NCBI GenBank assembly: GCA_963719985.1
Contig: CAVRDU010000005.1
Location: 1,619,619 to 1,683,618, forward strand
From: Candidatus Aminicenantes bacterium
GTDB lineage: Bacteria > Acidobacteriota > Aminicenantia > Aminicenantales > Saccharicenantaceae
DNA length: 64,000 nucleotides
Direction: 5' to 3'
Positions 32,037 to 41,979 of this stretch are shown in pieces. The notes beneath the pieces were generated by a model that was not told the origin of the DNA, did no database searches, and worked only from the letters and a program-made list of their open reading frames with translations. Within the stretch, counting starts at the first letter, position 1, and every line of letters starts with the position of its first letter. The translations under genes and the position numbers were made by a program.

Positions 32037-32975
32037 TTACGTCCGGAAATTCCGGGCTTGGGCGGCCTCCGCGGCGATGAAGCCGAAGGAGGCCCAGGAC
32101 GGGCCCTCGAGGATGCGGGTGAAGATCTTGTCGGCCCCGGCGGCGTCCCCGTTGGCGAGGCGCCAGCTCCCCAGGCCGTAGGCCGCGGCGTCGTTCATGA
32201 CCGCCCCGTCGCCCTCGCCGGCCAGCGCGTCCTCGGCGAGATCGCCCTTGTAGAAGAGGCAGAGGCGGTGATAGACGCCGTTCTCGATGACGTCCATCCC
32301 GGGACCGATGGCCCCGAGGGCCTTCTCGGCCTCCTCCTCCCGGCCGAGGCGGCGGAGCGTCAGGTAGAGCCAGTGGGTCGTGGCCACGCGCATGTCGTCG
32401 TTGGGGGCGGCGGCGAGGCCCTCGAGATAGACGGCCCGGGCCCTGTCGAAGTCGCGCTTCAGGTGATAGGCCAGCCCGAGGTGATAGTGGATGTTCGAGT
32501 GGAGCGTGCTCACCGGGACGCCGCGCGGGTTGGGATTGCCGTCGGGCTCGATCTCGTCCGGCTTCCCCTCGACGAGCGCGGCGGCCTTCTCGAAGTCCCG
32601 GACGGCCCGGTCGAATTCCCTGATCGTGATGTAGCGATGGCCGCGGTGCCGGTAGAAGCGCGCGTCGGACGGGAACTTCCGGATGCCCCGGGTGAAGACG
32701 CGGATGGCCTCGCGATAGTCGCCGGCGTAGGCCGTCCAGCGGCCGAGCCAGACGAGCGCGTCGGCGTTTCCGGGGTCGGCCTCCCAGGCCTCACGGGCCG
32801 CCTCGAGCTTGGCCAGGGTCTCGGTCCCGGGCGGGGGGGCGGCGAGGGGGCGTCCCGAGAGGGACATGGCCTGCGCCCCCTCCGGGACGGGGGGCAGGAT
32901 GGACCGGTCGCTAGCCGTCTTCACGCAGCCGGCGATGACGATCGCCCCGACGAGCAGGATGCCGGGCTTTTTCAT
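32037..32975 (-). CDS. TPR-repeat lipoprotein
   Basis: Lipobox IAGC; TPR-like helices (YRHRGHRYIT.R.FD.A..DF..A; YHLGLAY). Confidence 0.8.
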   Translation of the reverse strand: MKKPGILLVGAIVIAGCVKTASDRSILPPVPEGAQAMSLSGRPLAAPPPGTETLAKLEAAREAWEADPGNADALVWLGRWTAYAGDYREAIRVFTRGIRKFPSDARFYRHRGHRYITIREFDRAVRDFEKAAALVEGKPDEIEPDGNPNPRGVPVSTLHSNIHYHLGLAYHLKRDFDRARAVYLEGLAAAPNDDMRVATTHWLYLTLRRLGREEEAEKALGAIGPGMDVIENGVYHRLCLFYKGDLAEDALAGEGDGAVMNDAAAYGLGSWRLANGDAAGADKIFTRILEGPSWASFGFIAAEAAQARNFRT

Positions 32976-33838
32976 GGTTCCAAGAGCTCCTCTCTGGGCT
33001 TTCCGGCCGTGCCCCGAATGGCCAGGATCTCCGTGGCGATCTCCTCGATCGGCTTGTTGGTCACGTTGACGACGGCCCAACGGGGGTGCCGGGCATAGTA
33101 CTGCCGGGCGTGCATCAGCTCGATCCGCACGTATTCCGGATCGGCGTAATCGCGGACCGCGCCCTTGAGGTAGTCCGCCCGCGTCCTGCGGAGCTCCGCC
33201 AGCAGGCGGGCGCTGGTGTCGAGACAGAACACCTTGCGGGGGGAGAGGCGCGACAGGATGGCCGGGGGCTCCTGCTCGATCGTGACGGGGACGTTGGCCA
33301 CGAACCAGCCCTTGAACGCGAGGTAGACGCTGAGCGGGGTCTTGAAGGTCCGGGACACCCCGAGCAGCACGATCTCCGCCTTGCGCAGGTCCTCGAAGCG
33401 CTGGCCGTCGTCGTGCCGGATGGCGAAGTCCATCGTCTCGATGTGCCGGAAATAGGACTTGTTCAGCCGGGTGAAGAGGCCCGGCTTCTCCGAGGGGGAG
33501 GCCGCCAGAGACGAGGCCAGCCGCGCGATCAGCGGCCCCATGAGATCGATCGCCTCGACGTTGACCTCGCGGCCGGCGTTGACGAGCGCCTCCCGGACGA
33601 CGTCCGTCACGATCGTGTGGACGATGAACCCGCCGGCGTCGGCGGCCTCGCGGGCGACTTCGCGCGCTTCCTTCTTCGTCCGGACGCCCGCGCGGATGAC
33701 GATCTCGACCCGGGCCCCCCGGAACTGCAGCAGCGCCGCGGACAGAGTTTGGGCGGCCGTGCGGCCGGTCCCGTCGGAGACGACGAAGATCCTGTTCGAA
33801 ACCTCCCCCGCGTCGCGGCCGGCCTTGTCGTCCGTCAC
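32972..33838 (-). CDS. ppsR: PEP synthase / pyruvate,phosphate dikinase regulatory kinase-pyrophosphorylase
   Basis: FVVSDGTGRTA, DFAIRHDDG, LLGVSRTFKTPLS, ANVP, KPIEEIA motifs. Confidence 0.92.
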   Translation of the reverse strand: MTDDKAGRDAGEVSNRIFVVSDGTGRTAAQTLSAALLQFRGARVEIVIRAGVRTKKEAREVAREAADAGGFIVHTIVTDVVREALVNAGREVNVEAIDLMGPLIARLASSLAASPSEKPGLFTRLNKSYFRHIETMDFAIRHDDGQRFEDLRKAEIVLLGVSRTFKTPLSVYLAFKGWFVANVPVTIEQEPPAILSRLSPRKVFCLDTSARLLAELRRTRADYLKGAVRDYADPEYVRIELMHARQYYARHPRWAVVNVTNKPIEEIATEILAIRGTAGKPREELLEP

Positions 33839-33869
33839 GCCCCGATGATAGGCGTCGCGGCCGTGGCCG

Positions 33870-34679
33870 TCAAGGACGATCCTCCGGCCGAGGCCCGGGC
33901 GCTTCCTTGAGGATGTCCGGCAGGAGGGGGTACTGGGTCTTGAAGCCGAGGATGGCCAGGTAGAGCCCGAAGTCGGGGTAGTTCCGGCGCAGCTCCCGGA
34001 GGTTCTCCAGGGGGTCGTAGGGCGTCCCCTCGGGGATCTCGTGGCCGACGCATTCAGAGAGGAGGTGGAGCTTCTTCGACATCCAGGCGTCGAGGGTGAC
34101 CGGCAGGCCGAAGGCGGGGAGGGCGTCGAGCCTTTCGTCCCGGCCGATGATCGGCTGGGTGATGATGAACGACGCCCCCGCGTCCACCTTCCGCTTCATC
34201 TTGGCGAGCTCCGCGTCCTGGGGCTCGTAGGGATTGAAAGCGACGCCGCAATGGAAGGCGTCGGGATGTTCCCGGTGGATGTAGCGGACGAGCTCGACCG
34301 AGGTCACGGTCGTGCAGGCGACGCCGATCTCGTCCGGCTCGAGACGGTGGAGCCGCTGGCTGCCGTCGCCGGAGACGACGAGCAGGTGCCGGCCGCCGGC
34401 GGCCTTGAACGCCTCGAGGATCCCGTCGATCTCCTTGCGGGGATGGAACGTGTTGAGGTGGACCATGAGCTGTTCGGTGCGGACGGGCAGGCCCAGGAGC
34501 TCGATCGTCTCCATGGCCCCGTAGCTCAGCAGGCCCATGGGATTGTCGGTGATGCAGACCATCCAGCCCGCCTCGACGACCTTGCGGTACTTGTCCTCGA
34601 AGGTCTGAAGGTCCTTGTCGATGTCCTCGGACGAGCGCTTGGGCGTCTGGAGCTCGACGTGGAGGATGTGGTCAGGCAT
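33870..34679 (-). CDS. Methylenetetrahydrofolate reductase family protein
   Basis: ITDNPMG, LLVVSGD, VAFNPY, KRKVDAGASFIITQP motifs. Confidence 0.82.
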   Translation of the reverse strand: MPDHILHVELQTPKRSSEDIDKDLQTFEDKYRKVVEAGWMVCITDNPMGLLSYGAMETIELLGLPVRTEQLMVHLNTFHPRKEIDGILEAFKAAGGRHLLVVSGDGSQRLHRLEPDEIGVACTTVTSVELVRYIHREHPDAFHCGVAFNPYEPQDAELAKMKRKVDAGASFIITQPIIGRDERLDALPAFGLPVTLDAWMSKKLHLLSECVGHEIPEGTPYDPLENLRELRRNYPDFGLYLAILGFKTQYPLLPDILKEAPGPRPEDRP

Positions 34680-35547
34680 AGAAGTCCTTGAGCCGGACGA
34701 GGGTGTCGTAGCCCTCGAGCTGGAGGATGTCCTCGAGGCAGGCCAGGGCGGGGTGGCCGGCCGGGAGGATCTCGTACTTGCGCACGGTCGAGCCGATGAT
34801 CGTGTCGAGGCCGCGGGGCATGGCCAGGGTCAGGAAGGCGCTCTCGAGCGGCCCTTTGACCGGCGACCCGTCCGACTTCTTCGAGGGCAGCATGACCGTG
34901 AAGTTGCTCAGGCCGACCGACAGGTGGACGCCGGCGAAGAAGGGGTCGGCGTGGACGAGCGCGAGCGACTCGAGAACGCGCTTGAGCTGGCCCTCGCAGT
35001 CGGTGCCGATCGGGGCGATGCCGGGGTCGACGATGGCCTGGTCGTTCCGGAAGCCGGGGACGCGCCGCCGGGCCTCGGCCAGGAGCGTCCGGGCCGTTTC
35101 GCGCGTCTCCTCGGCCGACCGGTTGGCGCTGCCGCAGCCCGTGCCGGGCTCGTAGCGCTCCGAGACCATGAGGATGGGGATGAACGGCCGGACCGCGTAG
35201 AGGTCGAACATGTCCGGACGGAGCGGCGAGATGGAGTTCAGGATGGGCTTCCGGCCGCCGGCCCGGCCGGGGTCGTAGGCCTCGAGCGCGGCCTTGGCGA
35301 TGGCCGGGTCTGGCGTGTCGATGGAGAGCGGCTTGGCCGTGACCGACTGGATGCGGCGGACGAGGTCGGCCATGAACTCCGGCGGGCGGAGGCCGACATT
35401 GACGTCGATCTAGGCGGCCCCCTTCTCGTCCTGGCCGCGGGCGAGCTCGAGCAGGCCGGCGACGTCGTCCGCGTCGAAGAGCTTCTTCGTCGAGGGCACG
35501 GAGTCGTTGATCGACTCCCCGATGATCGTCAATCCGGGAATGGCCAC
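34672..35547 (-). CDS. Pterin-binding methyl-THF:corrinoid methyltransferase (AcsE/MetH folate-domain-like) with in-frame TAG at codon 46
   Basis: GGAGG then GTG start; MAIPGLTIIGESINDS...GAA*IDVNVG...PLSIDT...ILNSIS...VDPG...GLSNF; TAG at 35412-35410. Confidence 0.82.
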
Positions 35548-35701
35548 GGTGCACCTCCGATGACGCCGACTCGTCTCATGCTTTTCTCAGCGGTCCTCCT
35601 GCCGGCGGCACCGGGGACTATTTAAGCACAAGGGAGCGGCCAATGCCATCGTCACGGAGTGGGGGGGGGGCGGCGGGGCGGAGCGAGACAGGGGCTTGAC
35701 T

Positions 35702-35730
35702 TTGCTTGAAAAGCTCTTTTGTGCTAGGAT
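35702..35730 (+). promoter_or_regulatory. Extended -10 promoter for the RRM gene
   Basis: TTGCTT-17-TAGGAT with TG extension. Confidence 0.5.
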
Positions 35731-35849
35731 AACTGCCGTAATTCCCCCGTTGAGGGGGCGCGGGTCGGATAAAGGCACGGACATCGAGGCCCGAACAGCC
35801 GTCATGCTCCTCTCCTTTATTGCGATCGAATTTTGACGAGGAGTCGAGC

Positions 35850-36155
35850 ATGAACATCTACGTTGGAAACCTGTCCTTCTCTGTGACCGAGGACGACCTC
35901 CGGAGCGCCTTCCAGGCCTTCGGGGCCGTCGAGAAAGCCGCCGTCATCACCGATAAGATGAGCGGCCAGTCTCGCGGATTCGGCTTCGTCGAGATGCCGA
36001 ACAAGGACGAGGCCATCAAGGCCATCGAGAGCCTCAACGGCAAGGACCTCAAGGGCCGGAACCTCAAGGTCAATGAGGCCCAGCCCCGGCCGGCCGGCGG
36101 CGGCGGCGGCAGAGGCGGATTCGGCGGCGGCGGCGGCGGCCGCGGCCGTTACTGA
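35850..36155 (+). CDS. RRM RNA-binding protein with glycine-rich tail
   Basis: RNP2 IYVGNL, RNP1 RGFGFVEM, RGG-type tail; GAGGAG ribosome binding site. Confidence 0.96.
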   Translation: MNIYVGNLSFSVTEDDLRSAFQAFGAVEKAAVITDKMSGQSRGFGFVEMPNKDEAIKAIESLNGKDLKGRNLKVNEAQPRPAGGGGGRGGFGGGGGGRGRY

Positions 36156-36244
36156 TCGCCAGCGGTAGTTACTTCCGGCGCGTGTCCCCGATCTGAGGGG
36201 GATGTCCCCATGGGGGATTGTCCCTCTCGATTCGGGTTTTTTCG

Positions 36245-36281
36245 GGCGGATTCCCCGGGAAGGGGAGTCCGCCTTTTTTTT
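36245..36281 (+). terminator. Rho-independent terminator
   Basis: GGCGGATTCCCC-GGGAA-GGGGAGTCCGCC followed by a T run. Confidence 0.88.
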
Positions 36282-36295
36282 CAGGCCGGGCTTGA

Positions 36296-36850
36296 ATGAA
36301 TAGCCGTATCGTCGAGTCGACGCCCTTCGGTCCCGTCGTGCTGGTCTGGACGCGACTCGACGGCGTCCCGAGGATCGTTCAGGTCCTACTCTCGAGCACC
36401 GGCTCCTCCGCCGTCGCCCGGCTCGGCGCGCTCTATCCCGATTCGCGGTCGGCGTCCTGCCGCGAGATCGACGCCGTCGCCGGGACTATCAAGGCCTTCC
36501 TCGCGGGAAAGGACGTGTCGTTCCCGCTCGAGATCGCGGCGGTCGAGACCCGTCCGGCGTTCCAGCAGGCGGTCATTCGCGCCGAGCACGCCGTCCCCCG
36601 GGGAAGCGTCACCACCTACGGGCGCATCGCCCGGCGGCTGGGCCGGGAGGGCGCCGCTCGCGCCGTCGGCAACGCCCTGGCCACCAACCCGTTCCCCATT
36701 ATCGTTCCCTGCCATCGGGCCGTCCGCTCGGACGGCCGTCTCGGCGGCTACCAGGGCGGCCCGGCGATGAAGCGTGCCCTGCTCGAACGGGAGGGGATCA
36801 CGTTCGACGAGCGCGGCCGCGTGGCCGTCCCCCGCTTTCACTACTCCTGA
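36296..36850 (+). CDS. ogt: Methylated-DNA--protein-cysteine methyltransferase
   Basis: TYG.IA, ARAVGNALATNP, VPCHR active site, GGYQGG. Confidence 0.93.
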   Translation: MNSRIVESTPFGPVVLVWTRLDGVPRIVQVLLSSTGSSAVARLGALYPDSRSASCREIDAVAGTIKAFLAGKDVSFPLEIAAVETRPAFQQAVIRAEHAVPRGSVTTYGRIARRLGREGAARAVGNALATNPFPIIVPCHRAVRSDGRLGGYQGGPAMKRALLEREGITFDERGRVAVPRFHYS

Positions 36851-36931
36851 CTCCTCCGGGACCTCCGCCAGCCCCCCGGCCTTGACATGGGCCTTGCGCC
36901 CGCTTAGATTGAGAGAGCGGAGGGGCGTACC

Positions 36932-37450
36932 ATGAGCAAGAGGGATTTGACACGTGTGGCCGTCCTCGCGGCGGTGCTGGCCGTTCTTTCTTCGGGCGGA
37001 TCGCCCGCGGACAAGATCTCCGACGACGCCAAGGCGTTCCAGGCCGGGCTCGAGGCCATGAAAGGCCAGGCCCCAAGGCCGATCCTGGACAAGCTCGCCG
37101 ACTGGAAATTCGAGGCCATGTCCGCGTGGATGACGGAAGGCCCGGCGGCGAAGGACTTTAAGGCGAACAACATCGGCAAGGCCAAGTTCACCAAAAAGGA
37201 GATCGCCGAGATCTTCGACCAGCCCGGACAATACAAGATCGCGGTCTACGGCGTTCTCGTCGGCACGGATACGGCGACGATGGGGGAGGTCGATGAGCTC
37301 GGAAGGACCATAATGAAGGACGCGTCGCTCCGGGTCAACATCTACACCGCCGTCCGCATCGTCTTCAGGGACGAGCGGCTGATCAGCGTCCGGACCTGGC
37401 CCAAAATGGAGAGCTCCGCGGTCGCGGCGGGGACGCGCTACATCCGATAA
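36932..37450 (+). CDS. Hypothetical secreted protein
   Basis: Signal peptide, GGAGG RBS and own TTGACA(36882)-17-TAGATT promoter. Confidence 0.7.
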   Translation: MSKRDLTRVAVLAAVLAVLSSGGSPADKISDDAKAFQAGLEAMKGQAPRPILDKLADWKFEAMSAWMTEGPAAKDFKANNIGKAKFTKKEIAEIFDQPGQYKIAVYGVLVGTDTATMGEVDELGRTIMKDASLRVNIYTAVRIVFRDERLISVRTWPKMESSAVAAGTRYIR

Positions 37451-37567
37451 GGCCGCCCGCCCGGTCTCGGCCCCCAGGACGCGGGGCCGCTCCGGAGGGG
37501 GCGCGGCCCCGTTCAAGCCGTTGACGCGTCCCGGTCCCGGGGCTATCATTCCCCGCGGGAGGTCCAC

Positions 37568-38641
37568 ATGAAAAAGCACATTTCCCTGGCGCTCGCGTGC
37601 GCCCTCGTTCTCCTTTCGTCGGGAATGTCGTCGCAGAAGCCGCTCAAGGTCCTCGTGCTCTACGACATGGAGGGCGTGTCGGGCGCGTCGTCGGTCCGGC
37701 ACACGGATTTCGGCGCCGAGCCCGAATACACGGAAGGACGCAAGTCCCTGACCGCCGACGTCAACGCGGCCATCGCCGGGCTCAAAGCGGCCGGGGCGAC
37801 GGAGATCGTCGTCGTCGACGGCCACGGCTCGGGCAACTCCCAGGGCCCCGACGTCCTTGAGGCGGAGCTCCTCCCGCCGGCCAGGATGATCTCCCGCGAC
37901 CGGCCCTTCGACATTTACATGGACAGCTACGACCAGTCGTTCGACGCCATCGTCGCCGTCGCCATGCACGCCGGGGCCGGCAACCCGGAGGGCTTCCTCT
38001 CGCATACCTACACCATCGAGGACGTCCAGTACCGGGTCAACGGGGTCCCCTTCAACGAGTCGATGATCCTGGCTACGGGCGCGGCCCGCTTCGGCATCCC
38101 CCTGATCATGGTCAGCGGCGACGACCGGCTCGAGAAAGAGATCCAGCGGTATCTGCCCTGGGTCAAATACGCCGCCGGCAAGCGGGCCATGGGCCGGGCC
38201 AAGGCCGAGCCCTTCGCCCGGGAGGAGGTCTCGCGGCGCATCGAGAAGGCCGCGCGCGAGGCCCTGCTCGGGCTCGAGTCCGCCCGGCTGCCCGAGAAAT
38301 TCCCCGGGCCGTACCGCTTCGCCCTGACCTTCCAGGACGAATCCCAGGCCTCGACCGTGGCCCGGCTCCAGGGCGCCGAGCTGCTGGCGGATTCGATCTC
38401 CGTCCAGATCCGGTCCGACGATTTCGAGGAGGGCTACCGGGCCAGCCTGAGGCTCATCTCCACGGCCGGGCTCGTCGGCCGAATGCAGGCCACGCAGCGC
38501 GCGATCGCGGCCCAGAAGAACGCCGAGGAGATCCGCGAGGCGGTCGGCAAGATCGTCACCGACCGCTGGCTCGACCCGAAGTCGTTCCCGACGGCGGCCG
38601 CCGCCTCGGGGACTCCGCAGCGGTACTTCGGCGCCCGCTAG
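37568..38641 (+). CDS. M55 family D-aminopeptidase (DppA-like), secreted
   Basis: DMEGVSG, DVNAAI.G, VVDGHG, HAGAG, LSHT, VSGDD; promoter TTGACG(37521)-17-TATCAT. Confidence 0.92.
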   Translation: MKKHISLALACALVLLSSGMSSQKPLKVLVLYDMEGVSGASSVRHTDFGAEPEYTEGRKSLTADVNAAIAGLKAAGATEIVVVDGHGSGNSQGPDVLEAELLPPARMISRDRPFDIYMDSYDQSFDAIVAVAMHAGAGNPEGFLSHTYTIEDVQYRVNGVPFNESMILATGAARFGIPLIMVSGDDRLEKEIQRYLPWVKYAAGKRAMGRAKAEPFAREEVSRRIEKAAREALLGLESARLPEKFPGPYRFALTFQDESQASTVARLQGAELLADSISVQIRSDDFEEGYRASLRLISTAGLVGRMQATQRAIAAQKNAEEIREAVGKIVTDRWLDPKSFPTAAAASGTPQRYFGAR

Positions 38642-38755
38642 GGACGGGCGTAAAGGATTCGCGCCGCCGTTCCGTTCGGGGAGGGCCTTGCCGTTGACAT
38701 GTCTTTCCGCCCGGCGTTATCATTCTCACGAAGATCGGGAACGGAGGCAAAAGGA

Positions 38756-39916
38756 ATGAATAAAACGTCTGCATCTCGCTTGGTTCTCCTCCTGTGTGTC
38801 GCCGGCGCGCTCTCGGCCGGGCAGGCCGGAAAGACGGCCTGGAAGGGCACGGTCGCGACCGAGGACGGTGTCAGGGTCGTCAAGAACCCGGCCGAACCGC
38901 TTCACGGCGAGTTCACGTTCGAGCTGAAGGAGGACCTTCGGCTCGGCGGGGACCCGGCTAAGGAAGCTTCGTACTTCCCCAAAGGGGGCATGGTTGCTGT
39001 CGACGCAAATGGCAACCTCTTTGTCGTCGATATGGGCAACCGCCGCGTCCAGATGTACGATCCGAACGGCGCCTTCGTCCGGACGATCGGGAGGCAGGGC
39101 CAGGGCCCGGGGGAGTACATGTTCCCGACAGGGGTGTACTTCGACGCCGACGGGAACATCTGGGTCGACGGCGGCCGGCAGATGGTCGTGTTCTCCAAGG
39201 ACGGGGTCTTTATCAGGAACGTCACCGTCGCCAAATCCCTGATGCGAAAGATGCTCGGTCCCGGCGGGACGTTCATCGGCACGACGCAGCCGCAGCTCGG
39301 GCCGGACGGCCCGAAGCTCGAGCTCGTCCGGATCGAAGCGGACGGCAAGACCTCGCGGACGCTCGCCGAATGCCGCAACGAGCTCGTCCAGGCGAAAGAG
39401 GCCATGGCCTTTCACCATTACAGCACCGGGATCGCCTTCGCACCGGTAACGACGGGATCGTTCGCCTACGGCTTCAGCGGCGAGTACAGGATCTCGATCG
39501 CCGACGCCGAGGGCAGGACCTTGCTCGTCATGACCAAGGCGGAGAAACCCCAAGCGATCTCGGGCGCCGAAAAAGAGGAAACGCGCAAGAACGGGCTATA
39601 CGCCTGGATGGGCGGCAACAGGAAGGACGAGGGTGTCTTTTTCCCCGACCACCGGCCCTGCTTCTCGCAGTTCATGGCCGACGACGCCGGGAGGCTCTAC
39701 GTCCTCAGGCACAGCTCGATCCTGGAGAAGGACGCTCCCGCTGGCGTCGACGTCTTCTCCTCCGAAGGCGTCTTCCTCTACCGGATGGCCTGGACGACGC
39801 GGCCCACGGCGATACGGGCCGGCTTTCTCTACGAGGTCCGCCAGGACCCCGAGACGGACGAGTATCTCGTCGTCCGCCACAGGATCGCGAACTGGGAGGC
39901 GATGAAGTCCCGCTGA
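38756..39916 (+). CDS. Six-bladed NHL-type beta-propeller protein
   Basis: Signal peptide; AVDANGNLFVVD.GNRRVQ.YD..G.F..TIGR.GQGPGEY. Confidence 0.85.
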   Translation: MNKTSASRLVLLLCVAGALSAGQAGKTAWKGTVATEDGVRVVKNPAEPLHGEFTFELKEDLRLGGDPAKEASYFPKGGMVAVDANGNLFVVDMGNRRVQMYDPNGAFVRTIGRQGQGPGEYMFPTGVYFDADGNIWVDGGRQMVVFSKDGVFIRNVTVAKSLMRKMLGPGGTFIGTTQPQLGPDGPKLELVRIEADGKTSRTLAECRNELVQAKEAMAFHHYSTGIAFAPVTTGSFAYGFSGEYRISIADAEGRTLLVMTKAEKPQAISGAEKEETRKNGLYAWMGGNRKDEGVFFPDHRPCFSQFMADDAGRLYVLRHSSILEKDAPAGVDVFSSEGVFLYRMAWTTRPTAIRAGFLYEVRQDPETDEYLVVRHRIANWEAMKSR

Positions 39917-39945
39917 TCTCGGCGGAAGAGAGCGGCCGGCTCCGG

Positions 39946-40779
39946 TTAGATGCGGAGGGCGATCCCGCCCCGGGCCAGGAACCCGTTGAAGACTCCGCCG
40001 TCGATGAAGAGGTGGACGCTCTTCGTCAGGCGGGCCTTGAGCCCGATGTTGAGCTGGACGAAGGGGATGAAGTTCGGGATCGGGAAACCGGTGTCGCCTT
40101 CGGCCAGGGCCTCGTCCCTGAGCTCCCGGAGGGTCTTCGACTCCTCGCCTGAGACCGTCTCGGTCGGAATGGCGCTCCCGGCGAGCTGGCCGCTGTAGGC
40201 GTAGGACAGGACCGAGTCGTCGAGGGCCTTGGCCGTCGAGATGCCGCCGCCGAAGGTGATGTACGGGTGGACGGTCGCCGAGGGGAAGATGTCCCAGCGC
40301 AGGGTCAGCAGGAACGACAGGGCCTTGATGACGGCGCTCGCCTCGGCCGTCCCGCTGAACGCCGCCAGGTCCATGGTGAGGGTGTCCTGGAGAGCCATCT
40401 CGGCCGCCGCCGTCGGCAGGACCCTCAGCGTGCACTTCTCGACCGAGACGCCCAGGCTGAACGAGCCGCGGTGGCCCCCCGGATAGAAGCGAAATCCGAA
40501 TCCGAAGTCGTCGCCGGACGAATCGAACGCCACGGATTGGGCGTAGGACAGGAGCGACAGGTTCGGGTAGTCCGCTTGGATCTCCTCGAGGATCCGGTCG
40601 CGGATCTCGCCGCTCGTCGCGTCGTCGATGAGGTCCTTGGCCAAGCTGCCGAGGGGGTTCAGGGTCCAACGGCCGTAGTGGCCGCTGAACTCGAAGTGGC
40701 CTCCCTGGGCCATCAGGGCTGGCGCCCCGCTTAGGATCAGGGCCGCGGACAGGACGAGGACCAAAGGATGCGTGCGCAT
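39946..40779 (-). CDS. Putative outer membrane beta-barrel protein
   Basis: Signal peptide and amphipathic strands (HPYITFGGG, FLARGGIALRI). Confidence 0.7.
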   Translation of the reverse strand: MRTHPLVLVLSAALILSGAPALMAQGGHFEFSGHYGRWTLNPLGSLAKDLIDDATSGEIRDRILEEIQADYPNLSLLSYAQSVAFDSSGDDFGFGFRFYPGGHRGSFSLGVSVEKCTLRVLPTAAAEMALQDTLTMDLAAFSGTAEASAVIKALSFLLTLRWDIFPSATVHPYITFGGGISTAKALDDSVLSYAYSGQLAGSAIPTETVSGEESKTLRELRDEALAEGDTGFPIPNFIPFVQLNIGLKARLTKSVHLFIDGGVFNGFLARGGIALRI

Positions 40780-40870
40780 GTCGACCTCCTCGAAGGCCCG
40801 GCGAAGGGCCTTCCCGACCCTTTAGTCGCCGGGACAGGGCCGATGGTGACGGAGGCCTTCGATCGCAGGC

Positions 40871-41755
40871 CTAGAGGCCCCGGCCCATCTCGCGCAGGCC
40901 CTCGAGGCAGCCCTTGATGTTGCCCATCGGGTCGTCGCCGACCTCGTGCTCGACGACGTACCAGGCGGTGCCGGCGGTCGTCTCGCAGACGTCGAAGACC
41001 TGGGCCCAGGGCACGACGCCCTGCCCGATGACGGCCGCTTCCGGCCCGCCGTGCTCCTTGAGGTGGACGCTCGCGGAGCGGCCGGGGTATTTCTTCAGGA
41101 TGGCCACGGGATCGCCGCCGCCTTGCAGGCAGTTGCCCGTGTCGTTCTGCATGATGACGTCCGCAGCCGTGTTGTCGAAGAAGATCTCCCAGGGGGTCGT
41201 GTCGCCGAGCTTGCGGAAGTCGCCGGCGTGGGCGTGATAGCCGACGCGCATGCCCAGCTCCTTGGCCTTTGCGGCGATCTCGTTGAACCGCTTGGCCAGG
41301 TCGAGCCAGGCCGCGGCGTCCTGGGCCTGGAGGCTGGGGACGATGAGGAATGTGTTGCCGAGGGTCGCGTGGAGCTCGGCCGTGGCCTTGAGCCTGTCGC
41401 CGGTGACGGTCTCGAGGCCCGTGTGGGTACCGCAGCACTTCAGGCCGTTCGCGTCGAGGAGCTTCCGCAGCTCCTTGGGCTTGTCCTCCCAGCCGTAGTA
41501 GCCGGCGAACTCGACGCCCTTGTAGCCCATCTTGCCGATGGCCTCGAGCACGGCCGGCAGGTCCTTCGAGGCCGCCTGGCGGACGGAGTAGAGCTGGACG
41601 CCGACCGGGATCCGCTTCCGAAGTCCCCCGGCCTGCCGCGGCGCTGCCTGCAGGATGGCCGGGCCCTTCCAGGAGACGAAGCCGGCCCCGGCCCCGACGG
41701 CCGCGGCCCTGAGGAAATCGCGTCTCGAGTATCCGTTGCGATGGGAACGATCCAT
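40871..41755 (-). CDS. Tat-exported sugar phosphate isomerase/epimerase (xylose-isomerase-like TIM barrel)
   Basis: SRRDFL Tat motif; GVQLYSVR, GVEFAG, YHAH, DTGN, VHLKE, VVEHE. Confidence 0.9.
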   Translation of the reverse strand: MDRSHRNGYSRRDFLRAAAVGAGAGFVSWKGPAILQAAPRQAGGLRKRIPVGVQLYSVRQAASKDLPAVLEAIGKMGYKGVEFAGYYGWEDKPKELRKLLDANGLKCCGTHTGLETVTGDRLKATAELHATLGNTFLIVPSLQAQDAAAWLDLAKRFNEIAAKAKELGMRVGYHAHAGDFRKLGDTTPWEIFFDNTAADVIMQNDTGNCLQGGGDPVAILKKYPGRSASVHLKEHGGPEAAVIGQGVVPWAQVFDVCETTAGTAWYVVEHEVGDDPMGNIKGCLEGLREMGRGL

Positions 41756-41794
41756 GGAAACCTCCTTCGTCTTGTCAGAAAGAGTGTAACCGAA

Positions 41795-41816
41795 ATCGGG
41801 GACACAATACCAATTC
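41795..41816. repeat. GGGGACA-tagged short dispersed repeat
   Basis: ATCGGGGACACAATACCAATTC, 21/22 identical to 43966-43987. Confidence 0.7.
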
Positions 41817-41979
41817 CCCTTTTTTCAGGTTATATCCTATTCCCGGGTTTCCCTCTCGAGCCCAGCCGTAGAGAGGGAGTTCCCGGAGCCGGGATCGGGT
41901 GCGCATGGCCTGTTTCCCAAGAGAAGCCTTAAGCGCTACAATGGTCCGGAGGCCGCAGATCCGTAAGGAGGTACCGCCG

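Noticed and set aside
35661-35670. G10 homopolymer as a phase-variation tract
   Set aside because: Intergenic, outside the promoter spacer I can identify, and homopolymer length is unreliable in this sequence.
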